From contig CAWJEN010000001.1 in the NCBI GenBank assembly GCA_963841915.1, forward strand, positions 32,001 through 96,000: DNA of 64,000 nucleotides. The letters run 5' to 3'. Each line of letters starts with the position of its first letter. Positions within the stretch are counted from its first letter, which is position 1. A program made the position numbers and the translations under genes. Of the stretch, positions 21,876-32,014 are shown piece after piece. The notes below the pieces were generated by a model. That model did not search any database. It was not told where the DNA came from and saw nothing but the letters and a program-made list of their open reading frames with translations. The DNA comes from an uncultured Planctomycetota bacterium. Its GTDB lineage: Bacteria > Planctomycetota > Phycisphaerae > Tepidisphaerales > Tepidisphaeraceae.

Positions 21876-22703
21876 CTACTGAAACCAGAACGGTCGGCCG
21901 AGGCGGAGAGGATTCGCATAACCAACGACGTCCGGCTCGAAGGCGTCTGTACCGTTGATGAGGATGCCGAGGTTCCGCGAGGTGTCCTCTTCCGCCAGCA
22001 CCGACTCACCGTGCCCGTCGGCGAACGCGAAGTTGCGTCGATTCTCGTGGGCCTTGCGAATCTCGCTACCGTCGGCATAGCGGGCCCAGCCACTCCAAGC
22101 GCTCTGGGCGATCGTGAACTGCCCGATCGGCGAGTTGTAACCCGCGGCCGCCGGCGGTGCGTAGGGACGGACGATGGACGCGGTCCGCTCCGTGTCGTCT
22201 TCGCCGAACGCGGCGACGGTGCTCGACTGCGGGATCTGCTTGACGCCGAACTGCGTGATCATGCCGTTGGCGAAGTACGAGAGGCGCTTGTCCTGATCGT
22301 TGAGGTCGCCGCGGATGCTGTGGATGGTCGGGCAGTAGAGCCAGCCTTTCGTCGTCTCCATCTCGGTGTACTCGAGCAGGTGTCGCGCCCAGCTCGTCGC
22401 GGTCGTCGTCGGGAAGAGCGCGTCGCTGACCCCAGGACTCGACGCTCCTTGGTACGGGAAGTTCCCCTGGTTCTCAGCCATGTAGCCGGTCGCGGCGACC
22501 ATCATCTGCCGCAGGTTGCTCATGCAGGCGATCCGCTTCGACGACTCGCGGGCCCGATTGAGCGTCGGCAGCAGAATCGAGATGAGGAGCGCGATGATCC
22601 CGATGACCACCAGCAGTTCGACGAGCGTAAAGCCTCGTCGAGCCGGACGGGATCGCACGCTCGCTTGGAATGGGTGGCAACTCTGGTTCTTATCAACTTT
22701 CAT
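21876..22703 (-). CDS. DUF1559 prepilin-type N-methylation / H-X9-DG protein
   Basis: [32 protein letters not shown] and [23 protein letters not shown]. Confidence 0.93.
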   Translation of the reverse strand: MKVDKNQSCHPFQASVRSRPARRGFTLVELLVVIGIIALLISILLPTLNRARESSKRIACMSNLRQMMVAATGYMAENQGNFPYQGASSPGVSDALFPTTTATSWARHLLEYTEMETTKGWLYCPTIHSIRGDLNDQDKRLSYFANGMITQFGVKQIPQSSTVAAFGEDDTERTASIVRPYAPPAAAGYNSPIGQFTIAQSAWSGWARYADGSEIRKAHENRRNFAFADGHGESVLAEEDTSRNLGILINGTDAFEPDVVGYANPLRLGRPFWFQ

Positions 22704-22765
22704 CGAAAATCCTCCTCAATATGCGTTCGATTGAGCGATCCCTCTCCGCCCACTCCCGCCGCGCG

Positions 22766-23623
22766 TCAATCCGACGCGGCTGGAAGCACCGCGGCGGCGG
22801 AAGCACCGACGCGAATCTCGTCGACGTCGAAGGCGAACGGGGTCGCGCTCGTGGCGAGCATCATCGAGAGCTTGTCGCCCTCGGCGAGCACGTCGACGAC
22901 GTTGGTCGTGTCGACCGCCTGGAGCATCGCAGACTCGTCGAGCTCCTGCTCGGTGATGCCGCCGTCCTTGATGTCGTCGTACGCCGAGGCAGACAACACC
23001 CAGCTTGTCCCCGTCCCGCCTTTAAGTCCGAGGTCGGTGAAGCGGGAGACGATGAGGTAGCTATCGCCGTCTTGCAAGCTCGCATCGTCAGACTCGGCCT
23101 TGGCGGCCTTGCCGGTGAACTTCCCGTCATACCGCACGGCCACGCCGTCGCCGCCCGTGTACTTGGCGTCGGTGCTAAGCTTCACGCTGCCGTCGCTGAA
23201 CGACAGCGATGCCGCCCGGCTGCGACGGGCCGCGCCGCCGTCCTTCCGCTGGTAGAGGTAGCTCACCCAGAGATCGCCGGAGGTGGCCGAAACGCCGACG
23301 TCGCGACTCGCATCCACTTGGTCGAAGTCATCCTGCTCTGTGAGTTCAAGCGACAGGCGATTGCCGCTGACCGGAAAGTCGCTGAAGGCGATGCTGCCTT
23401 CGCTGACCGTCGCTGTGCCGGTCGCGCCGTCGCTCACGGTCACCAGCCAGGGCGACGCGAAGCCTTCGCCGCCGTCCATCGCCGCGAGGTCGCCCACGTC
23501 GTAGGTGAAGGATTCGCTCAGCAACATGCCCTCCTGCGCCGACGCGATCGCCGACGGCACGAGCAGGCAGGCGGCAAGCAGGGCGGCTTGAACGGGACGA
23601 TTTAGACAGTTCGGCGGCAACAT
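22766..23623 (-). CDS. Secreted protein, paralogue of PEP-CTERM protein 16721 lacking the PEP-CTERM tail
   Basis: LLSESFTYDVGDL..GGEGFASPW, GSIAFSDFPVSGNRL, YDDIKDGGITEQELD and PFAFDVDEIRVG align with 16721. Ends VLPAASD. Confidence 0.85.
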   Translation of the reverse strand: MLPPNCLNRPVQAALLAACLLVPSAIASAQEGMLLSESFTYDVGDLAAMDGGEGFASPWLVTVSDGATGTATVSEGSIAFSDFPVSGNRLSLELTEQDDFDQVDASRDVGVSATSGDLWVSYLYQRKDGGAARRSRAASLSFSDGSVKLSTDAKYTGGDGVAVRYDGKFTGKAAKAESDDASLQDGDSYLIVSRFTDLGLKGGTGTSWVLSASAYDDIKDGGITEQELDESAMLQAVDTTNVVDVLAEGDKLSMMLATSATPFAFDVDEIRVGASAAAVLPAASD

Positions 23624-23729
23624 TGGTCTCCTCGACTGGGCTCACTCGGCGACGGCTCCCGTCGTCACTCCTCACCGCCAAGAGTACCAGCAGGCGGTCC
23701 CGCGTAGAACCGACCTCGGCAGGCGTCGT

Positions 23730-23807
23730 CGCAACATCAGGCGGCTGCAAAGCGACGCATTGCAGCAGAAAACGATCATTTCCAGAACGTCGTCCAAGGA
23801 TGTTGCA
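23730..23807. promoter_or_regulatory. Inverted 9-mer pair CGCAACATC-N60-GATGTTGCA (copy 3)
   Basis: Intergenic, between the LacI-family gene stop and the start of 22766-23623. Confidence 0.55.
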
Positions 23808-23822
23808 AAGAATGAGTCGCGC

Positions 23823-24845
23823 TCAAGGCTCAACCAACTGTGCGTTGAGCGCTAGCGATCGGCGTGGCGGCCTGCCCGGTCGCGTTATTGCCGCCATCAG
23901 CATCTCGACGGCACAGCGACCTACGACCTCCTCCGCCAAGTCGATCGTCGCCGGCCGCGGGTCGAGTCCGGCTAGATAAGGTTCCTCGCACCCGCACGAA
24001 ACGATCGGCAACTGCTCCATCGGCCTAACGCCGCGCCGCTGAAGCAGTGGGTACAGCGACGCCGTGTACAGATCGCTTGGAACGAACAACCCGCCGAGCG
24101 GCTGTCGTGCCGCAAGCGCTTTGGCCACGGCGTCGGCGACCGGCGTGAGCATGCGCGTCAGCGTCTCGCCCCGCCGAGGCGCGCCTGCCGGGCGCGGCAG
24201 GGCATTGAATGCGAGGCATGTCCGCCCAGCGTCCTCCACCGCGAGCGAGAACGTGTGCGTTCGGCGCTGCAGCGCGATCTCGCGCGACCCGAACGAAACA
24301 TAGCCGATGGGCCCACGGCTCTGCTTCAACAGGTACTCGGCGGCCAGGTCGCCCGTCGCCTCGTTGCCGAGCATCACGCGCGAGCGGTCCTCGTGCTGCG
24401 TGCTCGTCAGCCACACCGCCGGCACGCTCGGCAACTTCCGCATCAACTCCGGCGACGGTTCCGAGCCGGCGAGCAGCATCCCGTCGATCATGCCGAGCTG
24501 AACGTTGGGCGGCAGGCGGTTGAGGTGGTTGGCGACGACGAGGTTCAGACCGAGGTCCGCCAGCGCAGCGCCGATGCCGACGAGCAGCTTGACGAACAGG
24601 TGCGGGTGGAACTCGTATCCGCGGTCGAGCATGACGAGCGCGACCTGTCGATGGCGAATCGCGTTGCGACGCGATTTGGCCATGCCCTGCCGCCGGTAGA
24701 TCGGCGGCGGGGCATAGCCGCATCGCTGGATGGCCTCGGTGACGCGTTGCACGGTCGCCAGCGCCGGGCCGGGCTGGCCGTTCATGACGCGCGACACCGT
24801 GGACTTGCTCACCTTCGCCAGCTTCGCCACTTCGTCGAGCGTCAC
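23823..24845 (-). CDS. LacI-family transcriptional regulator
   Basis: HTH VTLDEVAKLAKVSKSTVSRVMN and C-terminal sugar-binding fold (PRPATIDL). GTG start at 24845 inferred. Confidence 0.92.
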   Translation of the reverse strand: MTLDEVAKLAKVSKSTVSRVMNGQPGPALATVQRVTEAIQRCGYAPPPIYRRQGMAKSRRNAIRHRQVALVMLDRGYEFHPHLFVKLLVGIGAALADLGLNLVVANHLNRLPPNVQLGMIDGMLLAGSEPSPELMRKLPSVPAVWLTSTQHEDRSRVMLGNEATGDLAAEYLLKQSRGPIGYVSFGSREIALQRRTHTFSLAVEDAGRTCLAFNALPRPAGAPRRGETLTRMLTPVADAVAKALAARQPLGGLFVPSDLYTASLYPLLQRRGVRPMEQLPIVSCGCEEPYLAGLDPRPATIDLAEEVVGRCAVEMLMAAITRPGRPPRRSLALNAQLVEP

Positions 24846-24881
24846 GAACGGAGCGTAGCGGGAACTCGCCGCGACCGCCGC

Positions 24882-24911
24882 TTGACATGCCGCTTGTAAA
24901 CCAGACATGAT
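24882..24911 (+). promoter_or_regulatory. Putative sigma70 promoter for the sulfatase operon
   Basis: TTGACA-N18-CATGAT, about 55 bp upstream of ATG 24966. Confidence 0.45.
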
Positions 24912-24965
24912 TGCGGCTCGACGTCACCCTCCAAGACGGCGACCTACCTTCCCCAGGAGCAGCTC

Positions 24966-26516
24966 ATGCGCGGCGTGATCGTGATGTTCGACAGCCTCAA
25001 CCGCCACCTGCTGTCGGCGTACGGGTGCGGCTTCAGCCACACGCCGAACTTCCAACGCCTTGCCCGCCGAACCTGCACGTTCGACACGAGCTACGTCTGC
25101 TCGATGCCCTGCATGCCCGCGCGGCGGGACCTGCACACGGGCAGGCCGAACTTCCTCCATCGCGGGTGGGGCCCGCTCGAGCCGTACGACGTCAGCGTCT
25201 TCGAGGCGCTGCGCCGCGAGGCCGGCGTGCACAGCCACCTCGTCACCGACCACTACCACTACTTCGAGGACGGCGCCGGCGGGACGTACCACAACCGCTA
25301 CTCGACCTACGAGCAGGTCCGCGGCCAGGAGGGCGATCACTGGGCCGGGCGCGTCGGCGACGTCGGCGACCTGCTCCCGAAGAACGGCGGCATCGGACGC
25401 AACGGCGGGGCGTTCGAAGGTGCGGCTGCGGCACGGCAGGACTACGTCAACAGGTCTCGCTGGCGCGACGATGACGCCAAACGCCCCATGACGGAAACCT
25501 TCCGGCTCGGCCGGGAGTTCGTTCGCGAGAACGCGAGCAACGACAACTGGCTGCTGCACGTTGAGACGTTCGACCCACACGAGCCGTTCGACGCGCCGGC
25601 TTGGGCGAAGGACCTCGCCGCCGAGCATTTCGAGAACTATGACGGCTCGGCCTACGACTGGCCCGTTTACGACTACGCGTCGAAGCGCTCGACGCAAGAG
25701 CAACTCGAGCATTTGCGTCAGAATTACCTCGCGTTGCTCGCGGCGTGCGACGCCGAGCTGGGTCGGGTGCTCGACTTGTTCGACGAGCTTTCACTGTGGG
25801 ACGACACGGCGCTCTATGTCTGCACCGATCATGGCTTCTTTCTCGGTGAGCGCGATTGCCTTGGAAAGATGTGGATGCCGTGGTGGGACACGCTGGCGAG
25901 GACACCGTTTTTCGCCCACGACCCCCGTGAGCCCGCGGCGGCGGGGCAGCGACGCAAGAGCCTGGTGCAGCCAATGCTCGATCTCGGGCCGACTCTTTGC
26001 GAATTGTTCGGCGTCGACCCGTCGATCGCACTGCCGGTGGCGACGGGCACCTCGATGCGGCCGACGCTGTCGCGGGACGAGTCGATCCGGGAGGCGGGCC
26101 TGTTCGGCATGTTCGGTCAACAGGTGAACGTGACCGACGGCCGCCACGTCTACATGCGCGCCGGCGACGGCACCGTCCCGCCCGCCTACACGCTGATGCC
26201 GGCCGACATGAAGGAGCCGTTCCCCGTCTCGTCGTTCACTAAAGACAACGGCGTCTCGATGGCCGGCCCCTTCGACTTCACGCAGGAAGCGCAGGTCATG
26301 CGGATCCCGCGGCCGGCGAACTGGCTCGGCAACGACGGCGCCCAGCACCCGGATCGCGCGAGGACGCTGCTCTATGACGTTGAAGTCGACCCCGGCCAAG
26401 AGCGGCCGCTCGACGACCCGCAGGTCGCCTCGCAGATGGAAGCGCACCTGATTCGACTGATGGATGAGGCTGATGCGCCCGCCGAGCAAGCGAGCCGACT
26501 CGGACTTGCAAAGTGA
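24966..26516 (+). CDS. Sulfatase
   Basis: VMFDSLNRH, CMPAR motif, ETFDPHEPF, CTDHGFFLGE and LLYDVEVDPGQ. RBS AGGAG. Confidence 0.93.
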   Translation: MRGVIVMFDSLNRHLLSAYGCGFSHTPNFQRLARRTCTFDTSYVCSMPCMPARRDLHTGRPNFLHRGWGPLEPYDVSVFEALRREAGVHSHLVTDHYHYFEDGAGGTYHNRYSTYEQVRGQEGDHWAGRVGDVGDLLPKNGGIGRNGGAFEGAAAARQDYVNRSRWRDDDAKRPMTETFRLGREFVRENASNDNWLLHVETFDPHEPFDAPAWAKDLAAEHFENYDGSAYDWPVYDYASKRSTQEQLEHLRQNYLALLAACDAELGRVLDLFDELSLWDDTALYVCTDHGFFLGERDCLGKMWMPWWDTLARTPFFAHDPREPAAAGQRRKSLVQPMLDLGPTLCELFGVDPSIALPVATGTSMRPTLSRDESIREAGLFGMFGQQVNVTDGRHVYMRAGDGTVPPAYTLMPADMKEPFPVSSFTKDNGVSMAGPFDFTQEAQVMRIPRPANWLGNDGAQHPDRARTLLYDVEVDPGQERPLDDPQVASQMEAHLIRLMDEADAPAEQASRLGLAK

Positions 26517-26536
26517 ACGCACGACGAGGCACGCCA

Positions 26537-28087
26537 ATGAAAAATCTCATCGAACTGATGACGATCGTCATCGCGGCTGCCGCGTCGCCGGCACTGGCAG
26601 AACTTCGCCTGCCAGCGATCATTAGCGATCACATGATGCTGCAGGCTGACGTGCCGGCGCGGATCTGGGGAGACGCCACACCGGGTGTTCCCGTGACCGT
26701 CTCATTCGCCGGGCAATCCGTTGCCGCAGCAGCGGACGACGAGGGCCGTTGGTCCGTGCAGCTCGGAGAGCTCTCGCCTACGAGCGAGGGGAGCCCGCTC
26801 GTCATCGAAGGTGACGGCGAACGCCTTGAGATCGACGACGTGGTCGTCGGCGAAGTGTGGCTTTGCGGCGGGCAGTCGAACATGGAGTGGCCGGTCGGTC
26901 GCACAACGGATGCCCAGCCGCTTCCACCTGCGTCGGGGCGTCCGACGATGCGCCTGTTCGACGTCGCTTTCGATGCCGCCTGGACGCCCGCGGATGATGT
27001 CGAAAGCTAATGGAAAGTCGCGTCGACCGAGACCATCGAGGATTTTTCTGCCGTCGGATATGGCTTCGGTCTGACGCTCCTCAGCCGCCTCGATCGGCCC
27101 GTCGGCCTCATCGGAAGCAACGTCGGCGGCACACCAGCCGAGGCGTGGCTCCCACGTGACGCAATCCGCGGCAACCCGGCGCTCGAGCGACTAAAGCGGC
27201 GACTCGCCGCACTTGAGGAGGCCCACCCCGATCTCGCCGACATGTTCCCCCGCTATTTTCAGCAGTGGATCGATGAGATCGAGGCGTGGCAGGACGCGGT
27301 CGCCGAATGGCGGAAATTCCCCGCAGCGACCCGTGGACCTCAGCCGCGAAACGAGGGCGGGGCGCCCGTCAAGAAGCAGACGCCAAGCGTGCTTTACGAC
27401 GCGATGATCGCGCCGCTGACGCCTTACGCCATCCGTGGCGCGATCTGGTATCAGGGTAAGGTGAACGCCCGCGTCGGCGAGGAGTATGCAGAGCTTCTGC
27501 CGACGCTGATCCGCAGTTGGCGCGACGCTTGGGGCGAGCCCGATCTGCCGTTCTACTTCGTGCGATTGTCCAACTTCGACACTGGCGACGCCGAGGGGTG
27601 GGCGGCCATCCGCCAAGCGATGCTTGAGGCGTGGCAGGCAATGTCCCACACCGGCATGGCGGTGACGAGCGGCGTCGGCAGCGACCGCAGAATCCATCCG
27701 AAGCAGAAGCGCGTCGTCGCCGAACGCCTTGCTCGCTTCGCGCTGCGTGACACCTAGGGCATTTCGGACGTCGTCGCGGGCGGACCCGTGGCTCGATCCG
27801 CATCTGCCGAGGGTTCAGTCGTACGTATCGCCTTTGACAAGCTTGGCGGCGGACTTGCTCCGGCAGGCGAAACAACTGAAGGATTCGAGCTGTCCGTCGA
27901 TGGCAAGCGATTCAAGTCGACGACGGCACGGGTGGACGGGGACGTGGTCGTCCTCGACAACATGATTGGGTTCACACCGGCGGTGGTGCGTTACGCGTGG
28001 AGTGCCACGCCAATACCAACGCTGCTCAACGCGGAGGGTCTACCTGCGACGCCGGTTCGTCTTCATGTGGAGCAGAGAGTTGGTTAG
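26537..28087 (+). pseudogene. Sialate O-acetylesterase pseudogene (two in-frame stops)
   Basis: Full-length single frame with GEVWLCGGQSNM and IHPKQK. TAA at 27008-27010 and TAG at 27755-27757. QGE motif changed to QGK. Confidence 0.9.
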
Positions 28088-28199
28088 TAGGCAAGGTGGC
28101 GACGCGCGATGCCTAGCCCGAGCGGCTGCTGGAGCGCGAGAGGCACGATTGGCGTCTTCTTCAAGGAACAGCGTACAGAGCAGCTAGCATCGTCGTCAC

Positions 28200-28405
28200 T
28201 CATTAGTTCGCCGCGACTTCCCAGGGTGCTTGAATGTTTTCCGGCAGTGACGCTTGCACGGGGGTCGCTAATTGCCGCTTTGAAGACGTCCGGCGTCGCG
28301 CCCTGACGGTTCCGCAGGAGGGCCTTGACCTTCTTCCGTGCCTTCTCGATCGGGTTCAAGTCTGGCGAATACGGCGGTAGGTATGCAACGCTGGCTCCAG
28401 CAGTG
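28200..28405 (-). mobile_element. IS630-family transposase C-terminal remnant
   Basis: YLPPYSPDLNPIEKARKKVKALLR. Confidence 0.85.
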
Positions 28406-28462
28406 TAAGCCTTCCACCATCGGCCTTTACCGGCTTGGCTGGCTCAACCCGACGAGGTCGGG

Positions 28463-28780
28463 ATGACGTAGCACGAGGCGAACGGGCGGGGCGCCAAGCA
28501 GTGGCGGGCGCTGCTCGACAAGCAGGAGACGTCGGAGTCGTCGATCGCCGAGTTCTGCGGGGAGCGGGACGTGGCGGCGGTAAGCTTCTACCACTACTGG
28601 CGGCTGCTGCGCAGCGGCACGGACTAGGCCGGCGACGCCCGGGGCGAGGAAGTAGCGCCGCGGGTGGTCCGGCTCAAGGCGTTCGAGGCGGACGCCGACG
28701 ACGCGTTCGCCACGCATGCGGTCGAGGCGGAGCTGACCGCGCTGCGGGGAGCCACGCTGCGCAGCAGGGTTGACGACATT
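28463..28780 (+). mobile_element. IS66 TnpA-like accessory gene remnant
   Basis: QWRALLDKQETSESSIAEFCGERDV..SFYHYWRLLR resembles the IS66 TnpA HTH. Interrupted by stops. Confidence 0.65.
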
Positions 28781-30352
28781 AAGACGCCGATTAACTCAGC
28801 CGCCGTTCCAAACGCCAGACGACTCGCCACGACTTTAGCGACCTGCCGCACCGCATTCGGCAGGTGTTTAAGCTTCTTCCGAGTCATGACGCGGGCATCG
28901 CTCGGCGGCGTTGCATCGGGTGCCGCCTGGCCGACCGGGTGGATCGACACGGGTGTTGCATTCCAAGCTCCACCGGCCGTCTGGCCCCTGATTCAACTCG
29001 AGTTCCGGCCGCTGGATGGCAAACCGAGGTGGCTGCCGAGCCGCTCCACCGTGTCCTCGTTCGCTTCGAGAGTATCCGGCTGGAAAATCACCCGACTCCT
29101 AATGCATTGAGCCGGACGAGCAGCGTGTTCCTGTCGCCGTACTCATCGCGTACTAAAACCTCTGCCCTGACCACCTCATCCGGGTCGGCCGCCTTGGGTG
29201 CTGGACCGCAGCCATCTCTTGGAGCAGGTGCTTTTAAGCCAGCGGTTCCGGCTCGTCGTCCGCCACCGACTTGAGCTTGCTGACCGCAATATGCAGTTAC
29301 GATCCCTCACGAACTTGTCCGCCTCACGTCGTGCCCCGGCGACTGGATCGGCTTGCTCATCAACCGACTATCATGCGCCGGCCAGCCGGTCGCGGCTGCT
29401 CTCTACCCACTCCGGATTGTGGTCGAGGCCCCGTCTTGCCGCCTCGTCGAGATCGTTCATCTGGCTCTTCTGCGACAAGAGCTGCTGGCTGATCTCATCG
29501 GCGAGTTCAATCTGCGCCCGCGTGGCCTCACAGCATCGCTCGGCGGACCTGCGGCGGTACAACTGCTCAACGAGCGAACTGCCCATCAGGAGGATAACTG
29601 GTTCTGCGAGCATGGCTCGACGAGTTGCAATGCCGGGCGTAGGCCGAGCAAGGGACTCTGCGTCCGCACCCCGCGAAGCGGAGCGGCCGGTGACAACGGC
29701 GGCGACCTGCAATCCTGCCGGGCGGAAACGGCCGTCTCTGGAGTACCGCCACCCTCACCGCCCGCGACGCGTCACTCACCTCCCGCTCCGTTGCCCGCAT
29801 GGCGAGAGCGTGTATCAATCAGTTTCGGCGGCTTGGCCATTTCCAGGTCGAGCCAGACATTACTGACGCCGGCCGCAGCGTCAACTTGGCGAGCCTGCCA
29901 TGTGCGTCCGAACGAGTCAGTCATGGACCACGAGCAACCTGATGCAGCCGGCGGTGCGATATCCTCCAATTAACATTGCGGCCGTCGATCTGCCGCAGCC
30001 CGGTCAGCTGCACGGCGGGACAATCTACATTGGGAGAGACGGCATTGATTAGGGTGCCGCTTTCACCGTGTCGCTCCCTCTTCGCACTTGTAGCTGCCGC
30101 CGAGAGGAGGGTTGCAGCGCGAAGCTCGTGCTGGGTCCCCCGCGCAACGTCAACATGTGAGGTCGTCGGTGATACGGCTGCCGCTAGTCCGATTGACGCA
30201 CCGCTCGACGATCGTGCGACGGCAGCAGGGCTCGACCGAAGGTCCACCGTCATCCATGTATAGCGAATCGAATGGCTTCTAAACGAGGCGGATCGAGGAT
30301 AGATGAGCAGCGGGATATCTCGGACGCCTCCATTGCCCACTAGCGTGCCGAC

Positions 30353-31996
30353 ATGTCCAGTCGCCCTGAAGATCTGTTCAACCGAAGCGGCATCATTCGT
30401 AGCGGCTTTGATCTATCCGTCTATACGGATCGCGAGCCGAGTGGTCTCGGTGGCACCCATCACGGCTGGGGCGGGCTCGACCACAGTGGGGTCGGCAACG
30501 CACTCGTCGACATGGTCATGGTCACGGCTCCTTGGGGGCAGACACATGTCGCGCCGAGCCTTGCCGACTTCAGCGTTGTTAATCGCCGCATTGATGACCT
30601 TGTCGCAGCCAACAAGCGGGTGTATCTCTACCCTCACGTCGCCTTTCCGCCGGCGTGGGCGGACGTCGCCGTTGTCAATCCGGAATTCGGGTGGATTGAC
30701 TACTTTGACCCCGAGGCGCACGAGCGGCAGTGCGAGTGGCTCTCGCTCCTTGCCCGCCACTTTGGCAAGGACGAGCGCGTGACAGCCATCCGCATGGCAA
30801 GCTTCGAGCATGGTGAGGCATGGGTCACGGGTGTGCCGATGCAGACGTTGCGAGAGGGTGCCCGCCGGCAGGACGTCACCCTGGCGGAGGCGGCCGAGCC
30901 TTTCCTCTGGCGCATCTACGAGACGTTCTTGGAGCACGCCGACCCGCACCGCCTCGTTGCGCACGGCGGCGGCCTGCAGGGCAGTTGCGTGCGGCGTGCC
31001 GTCGAGGCTGGCTGCGGTCACGGCAATGGGACGCTGCTGCTCGACTTCGCCGGCCAGAACCACTACCCGCTCAACGGCGAGCTCGGCGACGGCCACTTTC
31101 GCCTGCCATCGCTTCGCGAGGTCGGCAACGGCGGACACTACTTCGCCGAGCGGCAGTGCGGCGAGGCCTGGATCATGCGCGGTGACGCGTTCGTCCAATG
31201 GCTCATCTTCAACTTTGCGACCGCCGTCGCGCAGAAGGTGTCATACCTGATGCTTCCGGAGGCGCTCCTCAACGGCCGCGACTCCGAGCGTCTGCCTCAA
31301 CACGACGCGGCCGTCATCCGCGGGGCCGACGAGCCCCTCGTCTCGCCCGACACGACGGGTCGCCTGACGCGACGCAACGACGAGGACATCAGCGGCTGGC
31401 GTCACGAGCCGTGGCACACGGAGGCGGTCTGGTGGCTGCGGTCGCTGTTGGGCACGAGCGAGCACGACACGCCTGAGGCGTTCGTGCAGCTGTCGAGCCA
31501 CCACCTTGCCGAGACCGAGACGGACGTGGGCGCGATCGAGCACGCGGCGACGTTGGACCTCGAGATACCAATGGTGCCGGTGAAGGAGTTTGATGCTGGT
31601 GCCGGCGCGGAGTTCCAGCGGGAGCTGTTCGGCCACCGCAAGTCGCACTTCGCCAAGCGAACCGACAAGCAGCAGGGGGGCGACCGGTTCCGGGTGCGGC
31701 TCGATCCGCGGTTCACGAAGTCGCTGGTCGGTCTGGGTGGTGAGCTGGTGGAGGTCCGGGTGACGTACGAGGACGCCGGTTACGATTCGTTCAGCGTGTC
31801 CTACCCGCGGCGACACCATGGGCCGGAAGCCGTAGCGGGCCGGGTGCGATTGACGAATCCTGGCCTCTGGCGGACCGCGTGTTTCCTGCTCGTTGACCCG
31901 CAGTTATCATCGGACGGGTCGATGCAGATCGACATCGTGTCGGAAGGAAGCGGCGACCTGACCGTTGCCCTGATCCGCGTGCTCAAGCAGAGCTGA
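30353..31996 (+). CDS. Unknown protein, putative glycoside-hydrolase-like; paralogue of 40369-41979
   Basis: 547 aa. Collinear conserved blocks with 40369 (DLSVY.DR, HGWG, YLYPHVA.PP, GWIDY.DP.AH, FEHGEAW, GLWRTACF). Confidence 0.8.
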   Translation: MSSRPEDLFNRSGIIRSGFDLSVYTDREPSGLGGTHHGWGGLDHSGVGNALVDMVMVTAPWGQTHVAPSLADFSVVNRRIDDLVAANKRVYLYPHVAFPPAWADVAVVNPEFGWIDYFDPEAHERQCEWLSLLARHFGKDERVTAIRMASFEHGEAWVTGVPMQTLREGARRQDVTLAEAAEPFLWRIYETFLEHADPHRLVAHGGGLQGSCVRRAVEAGCGHGNGTLLLDFAGQNHYPLNGELGDGHFRLPSLREVGNGGHYFAERQCGEAWIMRGDAFVQWLIFNFATAVAQKVSYLMLPEALLNGRDSERLPQHDAAVIRGADEPLVSPDTTGRLTRRNDEDISGWRHEPWHTEAVWWLRSLLGTSEHDTPEAFVQLSSHHLAETETDVGAIEHAATLDLEIPMVPVKEFDAGAGAEFQRELFGHRKSHFAKRTDKQQGGDRFRVRLDPRFTKSLVGLGGELVEVRVTYEDAGYDSFSVSYPRRHHGPEAVAGRVRLTNPGLWRTACFLLVDPQLSSDGSMQIDIVSEGSGDLTVALIRVLKQS

Positions 31997-32014
31997 GCGA
32001 GCTGCCACCATCGC

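Noticed and set aside
27008..27757. Stop-codon recoding or readthrough in the esterase
   Set aside because: The two stops are different codons, TAA and TAG terminate many normal genes here, a conserved motif is also mutated, and an intact paralogue exists.
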